A DNA stretch of 64,000 nt from Macrostomum lignano (lineage: Eukaryota). Under the pieces are notes generated by a model that was given only the letters and a program-made list of their open reading frames with translations, was not told the DNA's origin and searched no databases. The translations under genes and the position numbers were made by a program. Positions 17,486 to 29,164 of the stretch are shown here, piece after piece. The stretch is taken from the NCBI GenBank assembly GCA_002269645.1, contig NIVC01002026.1, forward strand, positions 124,001-188,000. The letters run 5' to 3'. The first letter of the stretch is position 1. Every line of letters starts with the position of its first letter.

Positions 17486-17519
17486 AAGTACCTGGGTCTC
17501 ATATTTCCTTTGTCGAATT

Positions 17520-17985
17520 CCTGTCGGACCTAGCTAAACGCAGAGCTGAATGCCAAGGGTACACAGAGGAAAGACTATCGTCATTCACTCTGACAGCCAA
17601 GCGGCTTTACAACAGGCCCTTTGCCACACCACAACGAACTCCCGGCGGACAGTCGCCAACTGCGTCCGGCAGCTCAACCTCCTGGCCAGTAGCAATACTG
17701 TTGGGCTGAAGTGGATCCCAGGGCACGCAGGGTTTCCTGAAAAAGAGCTGGCAGACACCCTCGCTGAAAAGGTTGTCTTTTTCCTTGGTCCTGAACCCCT
17801 GGTCCCTAATCCCTTCTACGGTCATCAATCGTCAGATCGATGACTGGGCTGATTCCCATTCACAGGGACGAATGGGAGGGCACCCAGAACTGCCGGCAAT
17901 CTCGTGTCGCAGTTCCGTGCTCCTCTTGCAGGCTCAGAAACGTCCTTCTCGGGATATTCGAGTCGCCCTCAGGCCAAAACCCTAA
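17520..17985 (+). pseudogene. Degenerate LINE RNase H fragment
   Basis: IVIHSDSQAAL...VANCVRQLNLLASSNTVGLKWIPGHAG...ELADTLA, then frameshifts; same RNase H type as the element at 1982-7362. Confidence 0.8.
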
Positions 17986-18712
17986 GCTACCATGCTAAGC
18001 TACCATCAACAGCAGATGACAAAGGGGAGATGGGGTCTGCTAAGCTACCATCAGCAGCAGATGACAAAGGGGAGATGGGGTCTGCTAAGCTACCATCAGC
18101 AGCAGATGACAAAGGGGAGATGGGGTCTGCTAAGCTACCATCAACAGCAGATGACAAAGGGGAGATGGGGTCTGCTAAGCTACCATCAGCAGCAGATGAC
18201 AAAGGGGAGATGGGGTCTGCTAAGCTACCATCAGCAGCAGGTGACAAAGGGGAGATGGGGTCTGCTAAGCTACCATCAACAGCAGATGACAAAGGGGAGA
18301 TGGGGTCTGCTAAGCTACCATCAGCAGCAGATGACAAAGGGGAGATGGGGTCTGCTAAGCTACCATCAGCAGCAGATGACAAAGGGGAGATGGGGTCTGC
18401 TAAGCTACCATCAGCAGCAGATGACAAAGGGGAGATGGGGTCTGCTAAGCTACCATCAGCAGCAGATGACAAAGGGGAGATGGGGTCTGCTAAGCTACCA
18501 TCAGCAGCAGATGACAAAGGGGAGATGGGGTCTGCTAAGCTACCATCAGCAGCAGATGACAAAGGGGAGATGGGGTCTGCTAAGCTACCATCAGCAGCAG
18601 ATGACAAAGGGGAGATGGGGTCTGCTAAGCTACCATCAGCAGCAGATGACAAAGGGGAGATGGGGTCTGCTAAGCTACCATCAACAGCAGATGACAAAGG
18701 GGAGATGGGGAG
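17985..18712. repeat. 45-bp minisatellite (~16 near-identical copies)
   Basis: Unit GCTAAGCTACCATCAGCAGCAGATGACAAAGGGGAGATGGGGTCT. Confidence 0.97.
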
Positions 18713-19304
18713 GGGAGAGGTTGATACAGAGGTAGATAGGGGAAGGCTCTATAGGGGAGAGGTAGATAACGAGGGGTAGATAGGGGAGGGGTAGTAGGGG
18801 AGAGGTAAGTACATGGAGGTATATAAGGGAGAGATAGATAGATAAGAGGTAGATACCGATAGGTAATATAGGGGAGTGGTAGATACCGAGAGGTAGATAC
18901 CGATAGGTATATAGGGGAGTGGTAGATATCGAGAGTTAGATGTGGGAGGGTAGATACAGAGAGGGAAATAGGGGGGATAGATAGAGGAAGGGTCGATAGG
19001 GGAGAGGTAGATAGGGCAGAGGTAGATAGGCAGAGGTAGATAGTGGAGAGGTAGATAGGGAAGAGGTAGATAGGGGAGAGGTAGATAGATGTGTGAGAGG
19101 GAGAAACAAAACTGTAAGTACAAGAAATATGAAACATGAATACTGTCCAACATGAAGCATCAAGGACAAGACTCGAACTCAGGACTCTCACTCTTACCCT
19201 TAGGCTTGGTAACCAGACTATCCAGATTCACTAAGCCGCCGTGTTCGACGAGAAAATCCATTGCCGACTTCGCTCTGGGCGGTTGCTGCGCTGCCGCCGA
19301 GGCT

Positions 19305-19336
<32 letters not shown>

Positions 19337-19337
19337 C
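18712..19337 (-). pseudogene. Duplicated epsin fragment (intronic GAGGTAGATAGGG array + donor + 3' part of one exon)
   Basis: 19100-19335 aligns to 50320-50555 of the epsin gene and encodes QQQASAAAQQPPRAKSAMDFLVEHGGLVNLDSLVTKPK|GTAAG. The upstream part of the exon is missing. Confidence 0.88.
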
Positions 19338-22134
19338 ATCTTAGCAATTAAAAATCACAGCATTCTCCCAGTAAGCCTTGAGATTTCAGCAATTCCCCCA
19401 CAAAGACCACACAGACAGACCATTTTTAGCATCAGCCATATATGCTCCGGCATTGCAGTCAAATACATAGCAGTGATGTATCCCATTTACATAACTGCAT
19501 GGGATGCAGCATTCCTCAGACAGCAAGCATCCCCCAGACAGCACAAGCATCTCCCAGACAGCAAGCATCACTCAAAAGCAAGCATCCCCCAAACAGCAAC
19601 CATCCCCCAGACAGCAAGCATTCCTCAGACAGCAAGCATTCCTCAGACAGCAAGTATTCCTCAGACAGCAAGCATTCCTCAGACAGCAAGCATCTCCCAG
19701 ACAGCACAAGCATCTCCCAGACAGCAAGCATCACTCAAAAGCAAGCATCCCCCAAACAGCAACCATCCCCCAGACAGCAAGCATTCCTCAGACAGCAAGC
19801 ATTCCTCAGACAGCAAGCATTCCTCAGACAGCAAGCATTCCTCAGACAGCAAGCATTCCTCAGACAGCAAGCATTCCTCAGACAGCAAGCATCCCCCAGA
19901 CAGCACAAGCATCTCCCAGACAGCAAGCATCACTCAAAAGCAAGCATCCCCCAAACAGCAACCATCCCCCAGACAGCAAGCATTCCTCAGACAGCAAGCA
20001 TTCCTCAGACAGCAAGCATTCCTCAGACAGCAAGCATCCCCCAGACAGCACAAGCATCTCCCAGACAGCAAGCATCACTCAAAAGCAAGCATCCCCCAAA
20101 CAGCAACCATCCCCCAGACAGCAAGCATTCCTCAGACAGCAAGCATTCCTCAGACAGCAAGCATCCCCCAGACAGCACAAGCATCTCCCAGACAGCAAGC
20201 ATCACTCAAAAGCAAGCATCCCCCAAACAGCAACCATCCCCCAGACAGCAAGCATTCCTCAGACAGCAAGCATTCCTCAGACAGCAAGCATCTCCCAGAC
20301 AGCAAGCATCTCTCAAAAAGCAAGCATTCCTCAGACAGCAAGCATTCCTCAGACAGCAAGCATCTCCCAGACAGCAAGCATCTCTCAAAAAGCAAGCATT
20401 CCTCAGACAGCAAGCATTCCTCAGACAGAAAGCATTTCTCAGACAGCAAGCATTCCTCAGACAGAAAGCATTTCTCAGACAGCAAGCATTCCTCAGACAG
20501 CAAGCATCCCCCAGACAGAAAGCATCCCCCAGACAGAAAGCATTCCTCAAACAGCACGCAGCCGATGAGCATTTTTCTATCCAATGCATATACTATAGTG
20601 GCGCCAGTCAGCAAGCATCCAACAGACGTAGCAAGCACCCGAGACACGGGGCATATACAGACAGACTACTATATGCTTCGGCACTGCTGTCAAATACATA
20701 GCAGTGATATACACAGTGAGTGATATACATGTATAGCAGTGATGCCTGTACACAGTTGCGCAATACTTCAAGAATTTTAAAGTGCACTGGCTGATATCTC
20801 TCCCTTATTCAAAAAAGCAGGTTTTCGAATACTCGTATTTAATTATTTATAGCGATCGTAGCACTTAGCTCAAGAAGTTGAAGTTTAGTCTATGGACATA
20901 GACATATTGAGCCCTCACTGCGAGAAAAATACACTGAAAGCATAGGCGAAAACAGGTTTTCTCAACTTTAAAGGGCCATCTTCGTAGATATTAACAAACA
21001 AATTAGTCATGCACAATCTCACAATCTGACAATCGCCCAACAACCTAGCACCCCCAACAATTCAGATATCCTCCATGAGCCTTGACATATCAGCAATTCC
21101 CCAAGTAAACCTTGACATATCAGCAATTCTCCCAGTAAGACTTGATATTTCAGCAATTCCACCCGTAAGCATTGAAATCTTAACAATTCCTCCAGAAAGA
21201 CTTCACATCTTAGCAATTCCCCCAGTAAGCCTTGGGATATCAGAAATTCCCCCAGTAAGCCTTGACATCTCAGCAATTCCCCCAGTAAGCCTTGAGATTT
21301 CAACAATTCCCCCAGAAAGACCACACAGACAGACCATTTTTAGCATCAGCCATATATGCTCCGGCATTGCAGTCAAATACATAGCAGTTATGTATCCCAT
21401 GTACATAACTGCATGGGATACAGCATTCCTTAGACAGCAAGCATTCCTCAGACAGCAAGCATCCCCCAGACAGCAAGCATCTCCCAGACAGCAAGCATCT
21501 CCCAGACAGCAAGCATCCCCCAGACAGCAAGCATCCCCCAGACAGCAACCATTCCTCAGACAGCAAGCATCCCCCAGACAGCAAGCACCCGAGACACAGG
21601 GCACATAGACATATTGAGCCCTCACTGCGAGAAAAATACACTGAAAGCATAGGCGAAAGACTACTATATGCTTCGGCACTGCTGTCAAATACATAGCAGT
21701 GATATACACAGTGAGTGATATACATGTATAGCAGTGATGCCTGTACACAGTTGCGCAATACTTCAAGAATTTTAAAGTGCACTGGCTGATATCTCTCCCT
21801 TATTCAAAAAAGCAGGTTTTCGAATACTCGTATTTAATTATTTATAGAGCGCAGCATTTAGCTCAAGAAGTTGAAGTTTAGTCTATGGACATAGACATAT
21901 TTAGCCCTCACTGCGAGAAAAATACACTGAAAGCATAGGCGAAAACAGGTTTTCTCAACTTTAAAGGGCCATCTTTGTAAATATCAACAAACAAATTAGT
22001 CATGCACAATCTCACAAGAATTTGCAATTGAATAAAGCAAGTTTGAAAAAAATCGGTTCAGGCATTCAGGTTGCGGACTGGAATAACGGTCAGACAGACA
22101 GACAGACAGATCTAAGAGATTTAGTATATTGTGA
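19338..22134 (-). mobile_element. Non-autonomous Helitron-like segment with internal duplications and 18-bp CAGACAGCAAGCATTCCT arrays
   Basis: Starts TCACAATATACTAAATCTCTTAGATCTGTC at 22134, identical for 30 nt to the 5' end at 36107. Block 20660-21015 is duplicated at 21660-22015, and 19350-19520 at 21270-21440. No 3' hairpin-CTAG found, so the low-coordinate boundary is uncertain. Confidence 0.6.
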
Positions 22135-22974
22135 CTAGCAATTTAGCCCCCCGCTGGGGGGCCTTAAAAATGACAACAAATTGCCATGAATCAAAACTTT
22201 CATCAGCCAAAAAAGTTTCCTTCATCAACCCAAAGCGCTTTCTCAATCATCAAATAGTGCCTATCCTTTTAAGGACAAACGCTTAGTGAATATTGTCACT
22301 CGCCGGGGCATATTCTGGTCTACAGCTGGAGCTCACGGACTTAGACCCCTCTTTATTAGCCTAACTCAAAGAATCCCCCAGAAAGCAAGCATCACCCAGA
22401 CAGCAAGGATTCCTCAGGCTGCAAGCATTCCTCAGACAGCAAGCATCACCCAGACAGCAGGCATCAGCAAGCATCCCCAGACAGCAAGCAATACCCCAGA
22501 CAGCAAGCATCCTCCAGACATATACTAAACAACTATTAAACAAACAGTAGAATATTCAACAACTATCAACTACTAAACAACTATTAAACGAATAGCATAA
22601 TATATTTAGTATATTTGGATTCATCAACTATCAACTACTAAACGACTATTACGTTCAATGGTTAATCGTGTCCTTTTTAGACGAATGCAAAGTAATGAAC
22701 CGTGGCTTTTAAATGTTCGGTTCGGTTTCGGTTTCGGTTTTTTGTTTCAATCGTCTCCGGCTCCTCCGGGTTGCTCATTGCGACAGTGTTGCGAAAATGA
22801 GTCACATTCCGAAGACTGTGAATAGCCGAGTCGAGTCGTAGAGTCGATTCGGCTGCAATTGTTTGTGTGCGCGTGTGTCATTATGTACGTTTATAACGTT
22901 ATATTTAACGTATAAGTACGAGCGTATAATAACTCACTGTGCGCTAGAAGTATGGTTATTGCTTTGAATACAAA

Positions 22975-23924
22975 TCACTGTCTGCAAATTAAATTAAGTG
23001 CAGCGAATATTAGACGCAAGTGAATTATTAGATATACGAGTATAGCAAAGAAACCTACCTCCCAGTTACCCTGACGTATGCGCACGCGCTTAATTGATTT
23101 TGGGACGTCTAGCACAAGTTCTTCAGCAGAACTTGTCATGGCGCCACCTCGACAGCCAGTTTGATGGGGTGGTACCTGTATTTGTGACTGTACAGATTGT
23201 ACAGTTTGGGCATCTGGATGTTCTTCAAACCAAGTCCGAGCTTTTCCAGCCTCGAGTAGGTTCGGGTCAATCTGACAGTATGCACCACTGCAGTTGAGAG
23301 ATACTGACCCGTAACTCGTTGTCTTTGCGCCTTTAATTGCAAGGGCACACCCGACTGGCCACGCCGTGATTTTCTCTGCGCTAGGACCCATAAAGGTGCA
23401 TGTGACGCTTTTGTTAGATTGGTCGCCAAGGACCAGCGACGCCTTTGCGCAGCCTCCAAACCTTGTTGTGATATGGTCCGGGCCTTGCTTCGACATCACA
23501 ATGCCAAGTACATCAACGATGGCCCTATTGGGAAAGTACACATTAAAGAGATCGTGCATTTAAATCCACAGAGTTTGAATTTTACATTCTGCTACACACC
23601 CGTCAGTTCGAATTTTAGCGAGTTCAGAAATGGCTTGGAGTCTGAAGGTCGCGTCGCCTTGTACATTTTCAGCCACTTTGTCGACGGCGCCGCCATTGTC
23701 GATGTCGACTCTGAGTTCCTTTTTGTTGGGTGAAATATTATAGCGTTCGTCTGCTGGTCTAATTAGCGCGCCATTTACAACCACGCTGTTCTCCTCGGAG
23801 CATTTTTCCCAAGTTGCCTGCAGTTGGCGCCCAAAAAACAAGCCCTAATCTCACTGGTCTCGTCAACAAGCAGGGCAGAGAACAGAGTACCGTGGCCGCC
23901 TTTAGCGGTTTTAAACTTGCGTAC
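22975..23924 (-). pseudogene. RPA70-like OB-fold ssDNA-binding gene carried by the Helitron
   Basis: cag|VRKFKTAKGGHGTLFSALLVDETSEIRACF (DBD-A-like) and IVDVLGIV..LVLGDQSNKSVTCTFMG..ALAIKGAKTTSYGSVSLN..QIDPNLLEAGKARTWF (DBD-B-like). 1-nt shift in a T-run at 23833-23838 and in-frame TAA at 23560. Confidence 0.8.
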
Positions 23925-26900
23925 CTGAGGGGAATATTAGTGCAAAGCTAGCCATTTATTTACTGTATCGGCCGGGTATGCAATAATTTTATAAGACCGT
24001 CGTTTCAATGAGAGGAAAGTATAATCAAGTAACTTGCCGCACTTCGCAGCAACACTCGGGCAACAACCGATGCTGTTCCACTATGCGGCAGATCCAAAAT
24101 TTTCATTGTTTGTTAGTATTAATGAAAGAAACGTGTAATCAAAGTAGTATTAGGAATGAGACTTTTAAATTCTGTAGACAGTCACCGGTTTGACTATCGA
24201 GAAAAGTTTCGAGCATTAAACAGGTGCATTCATAGACAAAAGATAATTTTTTTTCGAGTTTTAGTCTGCTCTATTAACAATCGTAAGCTGCGCATGCTGT
24301 AGCTATGCTGTAGCTGTAGCTAAGCTATGATTTTACTGAAACTACGTCGGTTTTATGCCACCCAGAGGGGGGGGGCTATTAGGCTAGATGTAAATACATC
24401 CTTCCAAATATACTAATAAATCTCTAATGTCTGTTTGTCTGTCTGTCAGTCTGTAACGCTCTACAGATTGGTAGCTTTGATCAATTTTGATAGCGTTTTC
24501 ACAAAAATATTTCTCTTTTAACAAGCATAATAAAAGGGTAATTTAAAACAGTAACAATCAAGGCAATTACAATGTTGAGCAGCCTAATCATCAGAAAGCA
24601 CCTCTGGGTACACAATGTTCCTCGTTCGATTGCCTGATATCCGAACACGAACATTAGCAGCATCTTTTGCTCGAGACAGCGCAGTGTACAGTTGGCCGTG
24701 GGCGAAGCAGCCGTCAGTCAGTTTGATGCCAACGGTCACCAGCGACTGGCCTTGCGACTTATGAATCGTCAGACAGAAGCTGGGCCTCACAGGAAACTGC
24801 AACCGCTTAAAGGCAATGGGTAGGTCTACATTGTTCGGCTCCAGCAGGATGCGAAGCAGCAGCACCTCATCGCCTGCGAAGTGGCCAGCTGCTACTTTGC
24901 AGCGAAGTACACTGTCACCAAGTGCCAGAACAATCAATCTCGTGCCATTGCATAGCCGAGGTGGGTTGAGGTTCCGCAGTAATACCACCGGCATGCCCAC
25001 CTTGAACTTAAGCAGGTGCTTTGGCAGGTTTGGCGCCTCTAGCCGGTTCAGCAGCTCCGGTGGGAAGTGTGTGGCGGAGTCTTCATCGGACACGCTGTCC
25101 ACAGACCGGTACTCCCGCAGGCTGCCAGGGAACAAGGCTAGGCACTCGTCGTTGATGGCGTCTACGGCCTCATTGTAAGGCGCCAGGATGGCTCGACTGG
25201 CAAAATAGCCGTCTCTGTCTGCAGATGCGCTGAACGATAGGTAGACAAACTGAATCAATAAGTCCTTCAGCGAGGCATTGGATGACATCAGGATCTCCGG
25301 AGGAAGCGAAATGTTCCCATCCGAGTCTTCCTGGATAGAGCCGGAACCGATCTGCATGGAGAAAATCGAAAGAATCGAGCCTTCATAGTATGTCCTGAAT
25401 TAAACAGCAAGTTTAACTGTTTATTTTTTATTTAGTAACAATGTCGTAAAAAATCATTTTTTACACGCAGTTTCAAAGCAACTACCTGCATAAGCAGCTG
25501 TGAGTAGCGCTGACACAGCGAAGTATCGGAGCCGCTTAGCAGCCGCAGGTTTCGAGTCAGGCGGTGCCGTCGGAATGATCTCCACAGGCTGGACCTGCTG
25601 ACGGACGCCTGGACGCTGTTAGCCCTGGTTCCTTTCTGCACCACCGGTAACAACTGCCGGAAGTCTCCGCCGCACACCAGCACGACTCCACCAAATGGCG
25701 AATCCTGTTCAGGATGTCCCGCAGAGTCCGGTCCACGGCCTCCAAGTCCTTGCGGTCAGCCATGGAGATCTCATCCCACACAATGAGTCTCGTGTTTCTG
25801 AATAGGTCAGCCTGCCTGGACTGCGCGCCAACACGACAGACATCCTTGTCTGGGCGCACGAGGCGAACCGGGATCTTAAACCTATATATAAGGTTGATTT
25901 TATAAAACTATGCCAAGCTTGGAAACATGCAGTATAGTATAAAAAGACTCGAACTCACGTGGAATGTGCCGTCTGTCCACCAGGCAGCAGCGTGGCCGCG
26001 ATGCCAGACGAAGCGACCGCAAGGGCAACATTGCCGAGGCTGCGCACAAAGGCCAGCAGCACCTCCAGTAGATATGTTTTCCCCGTGCCTGCCGGGGCAT
26101 CCACGAAGTGCAGGCCACCGGATCCGGCGATCAGGTCGGCCGTGATGCACTTGAACACAGCTCGCTGCTCCTCCGTCAGCTGCGAAATCCGCATGTCGGC
26201 GATCTCAGCCTGCTGTGCCGGGTCAAACTGCTGCGGGCCGAACTGAGGTACTGCAGACGCGGCAGGCAGCCCATCCTCCGGTAGGCTGCGTCCGCCCATG
26301 GAGATCACCATGCTCTGCAGTTCGCGCAGCGCCATGTCGGTCACCTCTTCAGCACTAAGCTCTGGGTGGCGGTAGGGCAGATCCTCACACAGATCGTCAG
26401 CGAAGATGCGCCACAGGTCCTTGCCATCTTGCGGCTCGCCCCAGATGAGAATGACCGCCAGCAAGTGCCTGACAGCTCGGGGCATCCGAGACTGCACGGC
26501 TTCGGCCAAACACCGGCGCCAGTGGTCATCCCGCTGCAGCAGGTCACGCGTGATGCACGCAACTCGGAAATTGAGGTACAGCACACCGTCCACAGTGCGC
26601 AGCGCCTCGTAGCTCGTTGGCCCCTTCACGTGCAGCAGGAGCAGCCGCATGAAAAACAGCTCTTCGGCCCGCGGCGACACGGTATACATTCGCGAAATGT
26701 TGGAGTTCTGCTTTATGCCCGGGTGTCCTTCGACTGCAGTGCCTCGCTTGGCGCACTGCCACTCCCTGGGACTCTTGTGCCAGATAAAATAGGAGGGCAC
26801 ATCGGTGTACAGCAGGCCGCGGGCAAACTCATCAGTGCGGCAGAGCTTAAAAAAGGCTGTCAGTGTCGAGTCTCTCGGAGCAGTGGCTCTCGCACCGGCA

Positions 26901-29164
26901 GTCTGCTCGTTGAAATACACAAGCTGCTCGTTCCGCTGGTGCACGCACAGGCGAATGACAGGCGGGAATCTGTTGTGCATCTAAAAATAAGTAGGATTTA
27001 TTATGAAAGTTGGATGCACATTTTTTATTCATCCAACAATATCAATTGTGCATCAATTCATACTGCTGAATAGTCAGCTGAGAAATGCTTCGATGAAATC
27101 GAGTAATACGTTTTGAATTAATATCCGCTCCCGTAAATTAAAAAAAAGACAATCCAATCACCTCAAAGCCGAGGATCGTGTTCACAGCCTCCATTGGTCC
27201 AATATAGCGAGCTGACAGGTACTCAGAAATCTCATCCCGCACCTTAGGGTCTGGAGCATTCTGGTCCCGCTCAGCCGATTGCTCTCCATTGTCACTGGCC
27301 AGCGGCTGACCTGACTGGGGCGAATCCTTGGCTTGAGTCACTTTGAAAGTCGCCATGTCGCCACTCTTCATCAGGTACTTAATGACGTACTTGACAGATT
27401 TAACAGTGGCACAAATCTCAACATTCAGGTGGCTGCCGAATTCCAGAAGAAGTGTTGGATTGTACGGAACAACAAACCTGACAGCGAAGAAATATAAGCA
27501 AAAACTTTTATCAACCTAGAAGCTAAAATTAGTTGTCTACTATTGTATTTGTAATATGGTCCAGCTTAATTGCTCAAGGATCCACACAGAGTAATATTGA
27601 TTGAATAACAGATTATATGAAGAAATATAAACTTTATTTTTTATTAAAGCCAATAAGTAGCGGATAAGATTCTGTTGTCATTCACCACACGAACGATCGT
27701 AAAAATTAGTAAATTCCCAGTCTACTCATTACTATAGCCTAGCACACGTCGGCACATGGCTATCTAAATACTCGTAGTCTCAGAGCCAATAGCAAAATTA
27801 TATTTTAGCTATCAAAAACGCAGAACCAACATGAATATTGGATTCTGTTTGTCATGCGTGCCAAACTCGAGGAATAATACCTATGGAACATCCTGTTCCT
27901 TATTGGTTCTTGCAATAAAGCGTCCTTAGCTTTGTAAAGGCCAAACCAAATATGAGCTATGAATATTTAACGAACATCAGTGCGTGATACAAAAAGTTAA
28001 AACGAAAGTAAAAAGTAAAATACACAATGCCATTCAAATTCACCGATTGTCCATGCGAATGGTGCCACCTCTGAACGGTTTGTCCACGTAGAATCCCCCC
28101 ATTTCTGGGGACCGCCTCTGGTAGAGAGGGTAGCCAGAGTCACTGACCAGAGTGGCCGGCTGGTACTCCTTCGGTAAGTTTTTGCTGCACTGGTTGTTCT
28201 CCATGCAGGGGCACCTCGGGTTGTCTCTGCCGCAGGGCCCATGCACCATTTGCATTTTTACAAGCTCATGCAGCACCGGTTCAGCCTTTGGGTCCGGGAT
28301 TGCCGCAGACACGATTTCGTCGTACCGGTCTGGAGTCACGCGGTGCCCGCTAGCCAACCACAAAAGTAGATGCACGTGAGGAAGTCCTGTCAAGAGTGGG
28401 AGAGTTTAGCATTAAATCCGGATCAAAAGTTGCTGAAAAATGTATATACGTTGGTAAATTGTGTTTAGAGCTTGATGCACTCATTAATTCTGATAATGGC
28501 GAGAAGTCAACGATAATAAAATGCACACACACAGTAATCACAGAGGACCTACCGCGCTTTTGGTATTCTAACGCACAGACATGCGCGACCACCTTCCCAA
28601 ACTGCTTCTTGAGCCGAGCCAGCAGGGCTTTTTTTCATCTCAAAGACCCGAGTGACAATGTCTGGTCTGTCCGCAGCTATCTGCCCGGGCTGCAGCTCCG
28701 CACTGATTTCCAGCCACTTCGGGTTGCAGGTGGCCGTGATGAACAGGTTCGGCTTGCCAAACCTGTGCACGTAGGCCATGGCGTCCTGCAGCCTCTACAT
28801 CATGTACCGCGGGCCTCCGACGAAACTGGAGGACAAGAAAACCGGCCTTCCCACATGGTTTGGGTCGGCATCCTCCCTCCGCTGTCCATCCGCAGCATAT
28901 AGTGCGTCACGCAGACCACTGTATGTCTCGCTGCGAAGGTCCTCCTGGTGCAGCCGAAGATAGGAGAGTCGCTCGGCTTCGATCTTCGCCGCCTGGTCCA
29001 CCAGGTACAGCTGGAAGAGGCGCCGGCCGTGGTGAAACACATTAGACTGACCAGGCCGCACCATGATCTGGCTAGCGTAGAACTTGCGCGGTGTCAACCT
29101 GCCATCGTTGGCCATCTTCCGCTCGGGGTACCAGCCGTCCTCCCCGAATGGCAAGAAAAGTACG

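Noticed and set aside
17486-17510. KYLG motif suggesting a LINE RT fragment
   Set aside because: The paralogous non-LINE flank at ~39942 has homologous sequence, so the motif is coincidental.
17904-20723. Repeat-protein ORFs (SAKLPSAADDKGEMG; QTASIP/DSKHSS)
   Set aside because: Translations of 45-bp and 18-bp minisatellites, open in overlapping frames with no splice or domain support; a transcript could revive them.
24200-24584. Helentron-type AP endonuclease after the helicase
   Set aside because: The helicase stops at 24584 and no APE motifs follow; termini are TC/CTAG type.
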